Below, in pieces: positions 31,857-42,255 of a DNA stretch of 64,000 nucleotides. This DNA is from a bacterium. GTDB taxonomy: Bacteria; Hinthialibacterota; Hinthialibacteria; Hinthialibacterales; Hinthialibacteraceae. Each line of letters opens with the position of its first letter. Positions within the stretch are counted from its first letter, which is position 1. Position numbers and translations under genes: made by a program. The stretch is taken from assembly GCA_963663405.2 (NCBI GenBank), contig CAXXSM010000025.1:1-64000 (forward strand). The letters are read 5' to 3'. The notes beneath the pieces were generated by a model. That model was not told where the DNA came from. It was given only the letters and a program-made list of their open reading frames with translations, and searched no databases.

Positions 31857-32742
31857 AGTTTGATTGAGAATGATAGGCTTTTGATAGAAGCGGGAACATT
31901 ACAAAGGCTAAATGATAATTCTGTATCACGATGTGAAGCCCACGTAATATAAAACAGGCCGGCCCGTCAATATCTCTTAACTCCATGCGATGATTCGCAC
32001 AGGTTTTCCTCCCTCCTTTCCCTTCAATCCACTAAACAGATACGATTTTTTCCACATTGATAGCTGAATTGATCCAAAAAGCTCTAATCGAATGATTAAT
32101 GTAAACTTATGTATGATAAATAAAGAATAATTTCGTTCTATTTTGAAAAATATTGATTCTAATAAAATTATGTTGTTCAAATATATTTATAATGCTTAAT
32201 ATATCATTTCTATCTGTTTGATATTGATTAAAATTCCATATTTTTTCATTTTTATTATTGACAGATATCCAATATTGTGCTATTAATGGTTGCAGGATTA
32301 ATTGGAGTCTTTTTTTTGTGTTACTCATCATGTAACATGGAATGAAAACAATTGATCGACTTCACGCTTGAATCTCCTTCTTGGATTTCTCCATCCATAC
32401 GGTAAAGCCGATTTTTATAGTAATCCTCTCAGTTCGGTTCTTTGAGCAATCTATAAGGCGTATTTATACAAGAAAAATTTACTAAGTATCTAGTATTTAT
32501 TGACTTATCATGGATCGGATCTGGCGGGATCGCGATGATCTGCAATACGCCGCTCCAATTAGGCGCGGTGGAAAATGGATCGCAATCGAGCCCTTAAATT
32601 GGCCGCGCGTCCCAAATTTCATCGTTGTAAAGTGGCGAAATATCTTCTCACTATATTTGCTTTTTTCGCTTTCACCATTCCTGCTTTGGGATAGGAAAAA
32701 CTCATTGTAGAAATTGCTGACTTTATCACAAATCGTGATACT

Positions 32743-34794
32743 GTGGAATGGGTTAACTTGGAGGAAAACACGATTGCTTTGGAAGGATTGGATACCGACC
32801 GCGAAACCGTCAATCTGCGAGAAACGTGGATCAATTCCGGCAACTCCGATGTGGGGGAAATTAACGTGGAAGCCTTAACCCTGCGCGCCAAACCGACCAC
32901 CGCCGATCGCGAATACGGTATCCTGGGCCGCAAGATCATGAATCTTCCCGCCAAACGGTACATTCAATTTCAAGGCGGTCTGCAGGCGCTCGCCGGACGA
33001 GATAAAGGGGCGAACCTGTCGCTGGACGTAGAAACCCGCGACACGGATGGACAATGGGTGGAAGCCCGTTCGTTTCCCGCCAAGCGCATATTGGTCGACG
33101 GCGAGGATCAGGGATCGCGTTACCTCGTGCTCAACCTAAGCGAATGGGCGGGGCAGGAAGTGCGCCTTTCGCTCGCTCTGCGCGTCAAGCCCTCCTATTC
33201 CAATATCGCCGGACGCGAGGAATGGACTCCCTCCGAAATCTCCGCCCAATGGTTCATGGCGCGGATTGTCAGCAGTCCGTTTCGCGTGATCGTGGGTGAA
33301 CCGGAAAAAATATCGCTGTCGGATTCCACACCCGCGCGCGGGAATTCTCTGCAATCAATCTCTCCCGCTAATCCACTGCCGGATTCCTTAATTAAAGCGT
33401 CCACCATCGTCTCGACAACGAGTAGTAAAGAGGCCGTGTTATTCGGCGGCGCCACGCAAGAGGGCTATGTAATGAATCCCTCCGATACCGAAATTGCTAC
33501 TACCATTCTCCCCGAAGAGGGTGATTATCCTAGCCGTGCCATCTGCTATTTTACTAGTAGCGTAGCCGCTACATACCAACCTCATGGCGCTTCACATGGC
33601 GTACATTCACCAGAAAGTGATTTTGGCGCCAGTTCACGATTGATCGACTTTGCCAGCAACACATCAAAAAACATGTACAACGCCACCGTTTCCGAGATTC
33701 GCAATGCCATGATTAAATATGCCACCGGTGCGTCGTGGGCGGTTTTACAACCCAGTGGGATTGCCTCGCGCGATTTTGACGATCATTATGTGGGCATCAC
33801 ATCGATTGTTACTGACACACTTGGCGCGCCCACTTATAAACCCGTTATTCATGCCTTCTTTTATGCGGAAGATCACTTTAAGAATGATCAGGGGACTAGT
33901 AACGATCATAATTATGTAATTATCAATGAAAAGGAAAAATCATCAACCTACGGTCGTATCGCTTACGCTCGTTCCATAGTCGACACTCATGATTATGGCC
34001 GTCAATTTTCAAAAATATACCATGATAATAGCGTGTATCCCATCATCACCGATGCCGCCGCCGCGGATGAAAGTGTTATCTCGGTTTCCATGTCTCAAGG
34101 ATCCAATGGTGTTGGTGGCGCATCAGTATACCCCATTGGCGACTATTACTACATGATCTATCACACACAAGTCATTACACGAAATGCTGCAGGTGAATTT
34201 CTTGTCCATCCTGTGACTGGTTTATATCAAAAAGTACCAATTTTATGCGCGGCACGCGCGCTAAAAAGTGCTGTCAATAATCCCTATTACGCGACTCAGC
34301 CCAATCCATGGTTAAAGTTTAAGGAAGTTGCGTCACCTCCAACCGACGACGATAATTTCGACGAACTAGGCGTTGGCGGCGAATATAGCGGATTGTGGAA
34401 CGTTGAGGTAGATGAAAATAATCATCGTACCGCTAAACGAATCAATGCAAACAACTGGCGTACCTATCCCAAAGTTAGTTACAACGAATATATAAACAGT
34501 GTCTACCCCGACCATCAAGGGATACTTATATGTAATGGTGGATTTTCTAAGGACTTTGCTGGTATTTGGATTCACACCAGTTCAAACCTTCTCGACTGGG
34601 ATGGTGGGCTTTTAGTTTGCTTTAAAGATGATGAATTAGAACAAGGCGGAGATGAAGATTGGGTCTACCCCACTCTTGTGGGTAGTACTGGTTACGATGG
34701 GTATACAACACAAACGAATAAGTTGTATATGTTTCATAATCGTGGGGGAGGTAACGGCGATCTCTATCGCTTCACGTTGACGTTTTCGGACTAA
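32743..34794 (+). CDS. Large hypothetical, probably secreted, with C-terminal beta-propeller-like domain
   Basis: 683 aa ORF; signal-peptide-like segment upstream in another frame (~32630-32695); IAYARS, YYYMIY, TSSNLLDW, YPTLV patterns. Confidence 0.6.
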   Translation: MEWVNLEENTIALEGLDTDRETVNLRETWINSGNSDVGEINVEALTLRAKPTTADREYGILGRKIMNLPAKRYIQFQGGLQALAGRDKGANLSLDVETRDTDGQWVEARSFPAKRILVDGEDQGSRYLVLNLSEWAGQEVRLSLALRVKPSYSNIAGREEWTPSEISAQWFMARIVSSPFRVIVGEPEKISLSDSTPARGNSLQSISPANPLPDSLIKASTIVSTTSSKEAVLFGGATQEGYVMNPSDTEIATTILPEEGDYPSRAICYFTSSVAATYQPHGASHGVHSPESDFGASSRLIDFASNTSKNMYNATVSEIRNAMIKYATGASWAVLQPSGIASRDFDDHYVGITSIVTDTLGAPTYKPVIHAFFYAEDHFKNDQGTSNDHNYVIINEKEKSSTYGRIAYARSIVDTHDYGRQFSKIYHDNSVYPIITDAAAADESVISVSMSQGSNGVGGASVYPIGDYYYMIYHTQVITRNAAGEFLVHPVTGLYQKVPILCAARALKSAVNNPYYATQPNPWLKFKEVASPPTDDDNFDELGVGGEYSGLWNVEVDENNHRTAKRINANNWRTYPKVSYNEYINSVYPDHQGILICNGGFSKDFAGIWIHTSSNLLDWDGGLLVCFKDDELEQGGDEDWVYPTLVGSTGYDGYTTQTNKLYMFHNRGGGNGDLYRFTLTFSD

Positions 34795-34809
34795 ACGACG
34801 GCAAATCCA

Positions 34810-34837
34810 CCCAGGGCACGAATATGCGCCCTGGGTT
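34810..34837. repeat. Intergenic hairpin
   Basis: ACCCAGGGC-N10-GCCCTGGGT. Confidence 0.5.
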
Positions 34838-34858
34838 GTTGTCAGTAAGGAAAAAATT

Positions 34859-35878
34859 ATGTTTAAATCCATAAGCATTGCCTCAATCTTCTTTGCATTT
34901 CTTTCTATTGATATCCATGCGCAAATTGTTAAACAACCGGTTATGGTTCAATCCCTTCCCTCCTTTGAATTTCCCAAAATGCCTGGATATGCTGACGACC
35001 AACTTGAATATGCAATATATTTCCTCGTACCAAATCCAGATCACAATTTACAGATAATTTATTATAACGTAGCAAGTGAACCATGTTATCCATTCCCTGG
35101 ATACTATAGGATTCTTCATACAAATTTAACGACGTGGGACATTATTCATGCGAAGATTTTGGATACGGAATTAATCAATGGAAATCTGTTTCCTGTTAGT
35201 AATCTCATACACGACGCTAGTTCTGTTACGATCAACGGAAAGCAAATAATATTAGAAGACAGTTATTTACCATTTATCGTTGTCAATGAAGGAGGGTATG
35301 GATTCTCTCTCCAATCCGTCGAATTATCTCCTTCACAAAAATATGTCGGAGGGATAATTATGTATTGTGATGATTATTTGTATGGTACAATATTGTCATT
35401 ATGGGATGCAAATACAGGTGATACAATCTATAGAGAATATCCAACGGAACCGTTTCTTTACCGGAGTGATTTCAATTGGATTTATAATCGCAAAATTGAA
35501 CCTAAACTGATTGATTTACATTTTACACTAGATGAAAATTATCTAATAACACGAGAGTTTTGGGGGGATAATTACCGGAATATCAGCATACCAAGAGCAA
35601 AAATGCTTGATTTAAAGAAATGGGAGTTTATAACTGTTGACCGGGACGTCGCCTTCAGTTCCGACATGCGTTACATGGTAACTGAACGCAATGGACTGCC
35701 TTCGCTGGTGGATCTCGAATCCAATACCATCATTCACCAATATCAAGTCGAATACCCCATGACCGCCTGCTGCTTCTCCCCTGATGATAGCCAAGTCTAT
35801 ATCACCACTATCATAAACGAACTCCACATCTTCGATAGCGGCCTGCAATCAACAGCGCCGTGCTGGGAGGTGTATTGA
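34859..35878 (+). CDS. Secreted WD40-like protein, paralogue 1
   Basis: Signal peptide; SLWDANTG, AFSSDMRY, CFSPDDSQ; ends STAPCWEVY. Confidence 0.75.
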   Translation: MFKSISIASIFFAFLSIDIHAQIVKQPVMVQSLPSFEFPKMPGYADDQLEYAIYFLVPNPDHNLQIIYYNVASEPCYPFPGYYRILHTNLTTWDIIHAKILDTELINGNLFPVSNLIHDASSVTINGKQIILEDSYLPFIVVNEGGYGFSLQSVELSPSQKYVGGIIMYCDDYLYGTILSLWDANTGDTIYREYPTEPFLYRSDFNWIYNRKIEPKLIDLHFTLDENYLITREFWGDNYRNISIPRAKMLDLKKWEFITVDRDVAFSSDMRYMVTERNGLPSLVDLESNTIIHQYQVEYPMTACCFSPDDSQVYITTIINELHIFDSGLQSTAPCWEVY

Positions 35879-35941
35879 ATGAATGCACTATTCATACAGA
35901 TCACAGAATAGCGCCCTTGGTGGATTGTAAAGGACTGCATT

Positions 35942-36955
35942 ATGTTAAAAAACATAGACTATACCATCTACTTATTGCTAATGCTCTCAATTGATACTCA
36001 TGCGCAAACCATTAAGCAACCAACATTGGTTCAAACTCTTCCCATACCGGAATACCTAGAATTTGATCCTAATAACCAATGCTTTGGTATTTACTTTCTT
36101 AAAGTTCAGAATGAGAATAGTATAGAATTAACAAGTATTATTTCTGAAATCCGAAGATATCTTCCAATGCCATCTAATCATATCAGTTTTGTAGCTTATA
36201 TTGAGGAAACTTGGGATATGAATCAACAAGAGTATTCAAAAATTGCCTATCGTGGCGGACGTATACCTATAAGCAGCATCGTTCATGACGCAAGTTCTGT
36301 TACACTCAACGGAAAGCAAATAATATTAGAAGACAGTTATTTAGCATATATTGTTGTCAATGAAGGAGGGTATGGATTCTCTATCCTATCCGCCGAATTA
36401 TCTCCTTCACAAAAATATGCCGGAGGGATAATTCTGTATTATGATGATTATACGCATGGTACAATAATGTCATTATGGGATGCAAAAACTGGTAATGTAA
36501 TCTATCGCGAGTATCCAGCCGATCCGTTTCTTTATGAGAGCGATTTTGATTGGATTTATAATAGTAAATTCGAGCCTGAAGTAATCGATTTACACTTCAC
36601 TCCAGATGAAAATTATTTGATAACACGAGAATTTTGGGATTTTCACCGTGGCGGTAGTACGCCAGTAGCAAGAGCAAGAATGCTTGATTTAAGGAAATGG
36701 GAATTTATAACTGTTGACCGCGACGTAGCCTTCATTTCCGACATGCGTTATATGGTGACCGAGCGCGATGGATTGCCTTCGCTGGTGGAACTCGAATCTG
36801 ATACTATCATTCATCAATACCAAATCGATTGCGCTATGACCGCCTGCTGCTTCTCCCCTGACGACACACAAGTCTATATCACCACTATCATAAACAAACT
36901 CCACATCTTCGATAGCGGCCTGCAATCAACAGCGCCGTGCTGGGAGGTGTATTGA
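35942..36955 (+). CDS. Secreted WD40-like protein, paralogue 2
   Basis: Same architecture; 3' end nearly identical in DNA to paralogue 1. Confidence 0.75.
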   Translation: MLKNIDYTIYLLLMLSIDTHAQTIKQPTLVQTLPIPEYLEFDPNNQCFGIYFLKVQNENSIELTSIISEIRRYLPMPSNHISFVAYIEETWDMNQQEYSKIAYRGGRIPISSIVHDASSVTLNGKQIILEDSYLAYIVVNEGGYGFSILSAELSPSQKYAGGIILYYDDYTHGTIMSLWDAKTGNVIYREYPADPFLYESDFDWIYNSKFEPEVIDLHFTPDENYLITREFWDFHRGGSTPVARARMLDLRKWEFITVDRDVAFISDMRYMVTERDGLPSLVELESDTIIHQYQIDCAMTACCFSPDDTQVYITTIINKLHIFDSGLQSTAPCWEVY

Positions 36956-36999
36956 ACGAACGTACATTCCATTCATAGAGCGAATATTAGGAGTTTCTC

Positions 37000-38055
37000 A
37001 TGCAAAAACTTTTTTTGATTCCAATTATATTTACGATCATTTTTTCGATCGATATTTCTGCACAAAATATAATACAGCCAATTGAGGTTCAAAGCCTTCC
37101 TACTCCGGAATTTCCTTTTCACCAACCAGATGATAAAACAGCAGTTTACTTCTTAAATAACAATGATGAACACAATGTAGTGCAAATCTCATTCTATGTC
37201 ACGATGTCTACGACAGACGGAACTATGCCATATACAATCGATTTTGTCTATAGGAATTTAACTCGTTGGAATTTTGCTGAACAAAAAGTGCTATCTTCCG
37301 AAACGGATAGACTATTTTTATTGATGGGTGAATCAAAAGAAGATACAAATATTGAAGAAATTTTAAGAGTCAGTAATGTGGAGCATAACGCAGATTCTAT
37401 ATTCATTGATGATGAGAAAATACTATTAGAGAATTCGTATGCGTATGCGCAATCACAAGGTGGCGAATATGATGAATATGGCTTTTATCTTAAAGATACG
37501 TTCTTATCTCCATCAAAAATAATTCTGGGAGGACTGATTGGCTACTACGATACCCAAATAGATGGAACAATTCTTGGTTTGTGGAATCCTCACGATGGTA
37601 AGGCAATATATCGAGAAATTCCTGTGGAGCCATTTCCATTCCTGGGTTCCTCGGAGATTTATAACATGAGAGTTTGTCCGCGAACCATTGAATTGGATTT
37701 TTCTATCGATGAGCGTTTCTTTTTCATACGTGAATTTCACGGTTGGTATGATGAAATACCTATCCCGAGTGTTAAATTATTGGATTGTGATACGTCTCAA
37801 CTCTGGGACGCCGACAAGGACGTCGCTTTCAGTTCCGACATGCGCTACCTGGTGACCGAACGCGATGGACTGCCTTCGCTGGTGGATATCGAATCCAATA
37901 CTATCATTCACCAATATCAAGTCGAATACCCCATGACCGCCTGCTGCTTCTCCCCTGACGAAAGTCAGGTCTATATCACTACTATCATAAACGAACTCCA
38001 CATCTTCGACACAGGAATTGAATCAAACGCAACAAATTGGGAGCGGATTAAATAA
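37000..38055 (+). CDS. Secreted WD40-like protein, paralogue 3
   Basis: Same architecture; DVAFSSDMRY..ELHIFD block nearly identical to paralogue 1. Confidence 0.75.
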   Translation: MQKLFLIPIIFTIIFSIDISAQNIIQPIEVQSLPTPEFPFHQPDDKTAVYFLNNNDEHNVVQISFYVTMSTTDGTMPYTIDFVYRNLTRWNFAEQKVLSSETDRLFLLMGESKEDTNIEEILRVSNVEHNADSIFIDDEKILLENSYAYAQSQGGEYDEYGFYLKDTFLSPSKIILGGLIGYYDTQIDGTILGLWNPHDGKAIYREIPVEPFPFLGSSEIYNMRVCPRTIELDFSIDERFFFIREFHGWYDEIPIPSVKLLDCDTSQLWDADKDVAFSSDMRYLVTERDGLPSLVDIESNTIIHQYQVEYPMTACCFSPDESQVYITTIINELHIFDTGIESNATNWERIK

Positions 38056-38075
38056 GGCGTCACATACAGACAAGC

Positions 38076-38110
38076 AGGGTGGGCTACGCTTCGCTTTTAG
38101 CCCACCCTAC
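38076..38110 (-). repeat. GTAG-type REP palindrome between convergent genes
   Basis: Minus strand GTAGGGTGGGCTA-AAAGCGAAGCG-TAGCCCACCCT. Confidence 0.7.
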
Positions 38111-38165
38111 TACATTTCTACTAAAAAGCTCAATCAATGATCGCTCAAAGAATAGAGCGGAATAA

Positions 38166-39197
38166 TCAATAAAGATCCCAACCTTCAACCGCTGTTGGTT
38201 CCGGAACAAGCGCGTGATCGAACAACTGGGTCGCGAGACCATCCGCGTCCCCAAAGTTTTCCAATCCAACGATGGGCAATTCCTGAGGAACCGGCAATTC
38301 ATCCAACTGAGTTGAATCATAAATAAAGATGATGCTTTTACTGCCGCTCGGTCCATTGTGATTGGTCGCGATAAACCGTTCGGAACCGTCTTCAATCAAC
38401 GTAAAGTTCCATACGCCTCCCAAACCATCCAAGGAGAAATCAAACGTGCCGAGAACCGTTCCTTCCATGCTGATTCGGTCCACCGTCCCGGTTCCTGGAA
38501 TCGCGAGCAATTCATTGGAATCTTCTAAATAAGCGAGAGAACGATAGGCTTTTTCCGTGGGGATGGAATCGACCGCCGCGCCGCCTTCCTCCGTATAAAT
38601 GTTAATTCGATTATCCACTTCGCTAGGGATTAAAATACGCCCGTCAGGAAGCGTTAGGGCTTTTCCACTACCCCCATTGCCGTTACTCTGCAGTGTTTCC
38701 GTCACGTCAAATAATGTGGTTTCCACGATATCACTACCGGAAAAACGAAACCGGAAACTATGAGAGGGAGGCGGAGGCTCGTTGCTCATGACGAATACTT
38801 CATTCGGAGCGTAACTGCTGACCCAGGTGCCTTTAGTGATCTCCACCGGCAATACAAAGAAATCCTGTGCGCCATCGGTTAGAATCCGCAATATCTCTCC
38901 CCGGCCTTGAGGTTGCGCTACCTGCTCAGTGGCTGACAACGGCACGCTCGTAATCCCCACGTAACAGGTCCCATTCGGATCGAACGCGACGCCTAAAGGC
39001 CGGCGGCGGCTTGTGTCACCTAAATCCCACCGTACGACTTGGACAACCGCCGCTTCAGTCTCACCCAGAGACACTTCTATCAGCATGTCATCACTGGCGT
39101 CAACGAGGACTAGATTTCCGGGTGTGAACGGATCCGCAGAGACGAATTGAACACTTAAAACGATGAAAAAGATTGTAAGACATGATACGAATCGCAT
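38166..39197 (-). CDS. Secreted beta-propeller-like hypothetical protein
   Basis: Signal peptide; RPLGVAFDPNG, LPDGRILI; ends VPEPTAVEGWDLY. Confidence 0.7.
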   Translation of the reverse strand: MRFVSCLTIFFIVLSVQFVSADPFTPGNLVLVDASDDMLIEVSLGETEAAVVQVVRWDLGDTSRRRPLGVAFDPNGTCYVGITSVPLSATEQVAQPQGRGEILRILTDGAQDFFVLPVEITKGTWVSSYAPNEVFVMSNEPPPPSHSFRFRFSGSDIVETTLFDVTETLQSNGNGGSGKALTLPDGRILIPSEVDNRINIYTEEGGAAVDSIPTEKAYRSLAYLEDSNELLAIPGTGTVDRISMEGTVLGTFDFSLDGLGGVWNFTLIEDGSERFIATNHNGPSGSKSIIFIYDSTQLDELPVPQELPIVGLENFGDADGLATQLFDHALVPEPTAVEGWDLY

Positions 39198-39487
39198 ACT
39201 TCATTGACTCCCTTACTCATTTTTTAGCCGTTACATCATATATAACGCTTTACTAATATTCTAATAATTATTTAATAAAGAATAAAGTGCCTTATAAAAT
39301 CTCAATTAAGGTTTCGGTATAGGGATAAAAAAGCGAAACGTCATTGAGCCGCCACACGCATTCGCAGGGAAGAAATTAAAACGGGCGCCATATCGAACGG
39401 CTCCCGTTGATGTTATTACATAGTAGTATTGTTTGCGATTATCAGAGTTAGTAAATCGCTCAGACTTTTGCTTTCCTCATCCTATAT

Positions 39488-39895
39488 TTACGCGCCCAAG
39501 ACTTTCGCCACTGTTTCAATCAACAATTCTGAACTGACAGGTTTGACGAGATAGGCTTCCGGTTCCCTGATGATTTTGATTTTCTTGAAGAGATCTTTGT
39601 GGCTGTACATCTGATTTGTCGCCTTATCAACTCCGGTAATGACAACAATTGGAATATCCTTGTATTCCTCTGATTTACGCAGTTCTCCTAACAGGCTGAC
39701 CCCGGTCCGGTTAGGCATGATTAAATCCAACGTGATCAAGTCCGGCTGTTTCGTATGAATCGACGCCATCGCCGTTTCCGCATCGGGCGCGACTGTCACT
39801 TCATATCCCGCGTCTTCCAGCGCCAGTTTGAAAAAATCATATACATCACTTTCGTCTTCTATCACTAATATTGATTTGCCGCTCTGATCAGACAT
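39488..39895 (-). CDS. Single-domain response regulator
   Basis: ILVIEDE, PDLITLDLIMP, LVKP. Confidence 0.92.
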   Translation of the reverse strand: MSDQSGKSILVIEDESDVYDFFKLALEDAGYEVTVAPDAETAMASIHTKQPDLITLDLIMPNRTGVSLLGELRKSEEYKDIPIVVITGVDKATNQMYSHKDLFKKIKIIREPEAYLVKPVSSELLIETVAKVLGA

Positions 39896-39932
39896 GATTG
39901 TCGCTCGCTTTCTTTATCCAATTGTTTTTCGC

Positions 39933-40445
39933 TCAATCCGATTGCAGCAGGCGTTTTATTTTTTCTAACGTTTCTCCATCAGCGGAGTCGATCATTTTTT
40001 TAAGATCGTCTTTGGAAGGAACGCTTGGTTCTCCGGCCGGGGTTTCCAAAGGCTCCATGTGTAGAATCCGCCGCACGGCGTTGATGTATTCCTTCGGTTT
40101 TACCGGTTTCTCCAAATAGACGCCCGGCCCGGACATCGTCAGTTCTTCCAGGTCGGCGCGGCCAAGATCGTCACGAGCATGACCGGTGACCACAAGAACC
40201 GGGATATGCGCCCATTCTCGTTTTTTCTTCATTTCACGCACGAATTTGACTCCCGATCCTTTCGGCATCACAACATCCAGGGAGATTAAATCCGGCGTCA
40301 CATTCTCCAGTTTCTCCAGCGCTTCCACTCCGCTGGACGCCGTCTCGACGCGAAAGCCTCCATCTTCCAGAGCCATGGAGAGAAACTGCACCACTTCTTC
40401 TTCATCATCCACTACAAGCACGGTTTTCTGTTCATTTTCTATCAC
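39933..40445 (-). CDS. Response regulator (receiver plus short tail)
   Basis: VLVVDDE, PDLISLDVVMP, LEKP. Confidence 0.92.
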   Translation of the reverse strand: MIENEQKTVLVVDDEEEVVQFLSMALEDGGFRVETASSGVEALEKLENVTPDLISLDVVMPKGSGVKFVREMKKKREWAHIPVLVVTGHARDDLGRADLEELTMSGPGVYLEKPVKPKEYINAVRRILHMEPLETPAGEPSVPSKDDLKKMIDSADGETLEKIKRLLQSD

Positions 40446-42250
40446 AATTCACCTCCATCATTTTTACTAAGCGCTGGAAGCCGGTTCCGTGGGAATTCCA
40501 GATGAAACACGGTTCCCCGGCTCGGTTCAGAATCGAGCGAAATCTTCCCTCCGTGTTCCTGAATAATTTTCCGGGTCGTCAAAAGGCCCAATCCCGTTCC
40601 CCCTCCACCTTTGGTGGTGAAGAAAGTTGTGAACACACGGCGTTTGACTTCGTACTCCATCCCCATACCGTCATCCTTCACATCAATGCGGATCACACCC
40701 TCCGAGTCCCGTGTCTGAATTGAGACGGAACGTTCCGGTTTCTCGCTCATCACACAGGCGTCGATGGCGTTCGAGAGCAAATTCGTCAAGCATGTATGAA
40801 TGCCGCTGGGATCGAACGGAGCCGGCTGCATACCGGGATCCAGATCACAACGTAATTGCACATTATGCTTCTCCGCCACATCCTGGTACAGAGTCACCAC
40901 TTCCTCCGCTAAATCATTCACATTCAGCAGTTGGGTTTCGGGCAACCGCCCTTTTGAAAAACTGAGAAAGTCCTTTACGAGTCTCGTGATTTTATTGAAA
41001 TTCTTTTCCAACACAGGCCAGCCCTGCTGAACCCGTTCTTTATTGCCTCTCTCGACGCCGGACCGGACGGCGTACATCCCCCCCTCCAGCGCTTGAAGAA
41101 CATTCTTCACACTATGCGCCAATCCGGCGACGGTTTCTCCTACCGCGCCCAACCGTTCCGCTTCGAGTTTCTCCGCCTCCAGTTTCTTCCGGTTCCGTAA
41201 ATCCTGAAGAAACACCGCGCAGCCATAGGGGCGGTCCCCACTCTTAAAGGTTACACCACTGAGGCGCACAGGGATCTTCTCTCCTGTGCTGGAGATCACT
41301 ATCGTTTCGTCAAAATAGCAATCCTCCCGTTTCCCTTCAAGGATCTCCTGGAACGCTTCCGGAAACATACTAGATTTAATCGCTCCCGAAAATGCTTCTC
41401 CGGCCGAACAGCCCAAGATTCGTTCCGCCGTGGGATTGAAGATGGACAGGCGCCGATTTTCATCAAACGCCATGATGCCATTGATGGAATGACTGATGAT
41501 ACTTTCCTCCAGCGCGCTGGCCTTCTTCAGTTGACGCTCCAATCGCCGGAGATCGGTAATATCCATCGACATTTCAATCACATGGGTGATTTCTTTATCA
41601 CTCTGGGTCAATGGAGCGGCGGTCACAATATACCGCGTTCGTTCTCCGTCTTTCGAGAGTCCCACATGCTCAGCCGTATGAACGTGACCATCCCGAAACG
41701 CCAAAAGCGCGGGGCAATGATGACATCGGCGGTCGCGCTGTTTATAGACTTCATAACAGAACCGGCCTTCTCCATTGCCGAACGTCTCCTTCTGCTTCTC
41801 GTTCGCCAGCACGACCCGAAGATTCCGGTCGAGTATCTGGACATAACACGGCGCGCGGTCAAACAGAACACGTCCGGCATGATGCAACTCACTCGATTCG
41901 GTCACGTCCGTTGAATATTCAACGACATGCGAGATCGAGCCATCTTCATCCTTGATCGCATGTGTGTTGACTATGTAATAACAGAATTTTCCTTCCCTGT
42001 CGACACCTACTTCTTCTTTTGTCCGTGGTTTCCCGTCCTGGAACGTTGCCATCGCAGGACAGGAGGCGCATGGTTCGTCGCATCGTTTGTACGTTTGATA
42101 ACATAAACGATCCTTCCACGGGCCAAACTTATTGGAAAAACTTTGATTCGCTTCCACAATGTTAAAATTGCGGTCAATGACCGCAATTGTAACAGGCGCG
42201 TGGTGGAACGCATTGGTATGAAACCAGCGATTCTGTTCAGTTAAATTCAT
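40442..42250 (-). CDS. Multi-PAS sensor histidine kinase
   Basis: Three PAS-like domains, two with CY..Y...C..CP motifs; AHSVKN H-box; GGTGLGL. Confidence 0.92.
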   Translation of the reverse strand: MNLTEQNRWFHTNAFHHAPVTIAVIDRNFNIVEANQSFSNKFGPWKDRLCYQTYKRCDEPCASCPAMATFQDGKPRTKEEVGVDREGKFCYYIVNTHAIKDEDGSISHVVEYSTDVTESSELHHAGRVLFDRAPCYVQILDRNLRVVLANEKQKETFGNGEGRFCYEVYKQRDRRCHHCPALLAFRDGHVHTAEHVGLSKDGERTRYIVTAAPLTQSDKEITHVIEMSMDITDLRRLERQLKKASALEESIISHSINGIMAFDENRRLSIFNPTAERILGCSAGEAFSGAIKSSMFPEAFQEILEGKREDCYFDETIVISSTGEKIPVRLSGVTFKSGDRPYGCAVFLQDLRNRKKLEAEKLEAERLGAVGETVAGLAHSVKNVLQALEGGMYAVRSGVERGNKERVQQGWPVLEKNFNKITRLVKDFLSFSKGRLPETQLLNVNDLAEEVVTLYQDVAEKHNVQLRCDLDPGMQPAPFDPSGIHTCLTNLLSNAIDACVMSEKPERSVSIQTRDSEGVIRIDVKDDGMGMEYEVKRRVFTTFFTTKGGGGTGLGLLTTRKIIQEHGGKISLDSEPSRGTVFHLEFPRNRLPALSKNDGGEL

Positions 42251-42255
42251 TATCC

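Noticed and set aside
35600-38010. DGR template/variable repeat pair
   Set aside because: Mismatches include many C/T and G/C synonymous changes rather than adenine-specific ones, and no reverse transcriptase is in the window.
38166-38207. PEP-CTERM signal (VPEP)
   Set aside because: No TM helix or basic cluster follows; it ends TAVEGWDLY and is treated as part of the W-tail.
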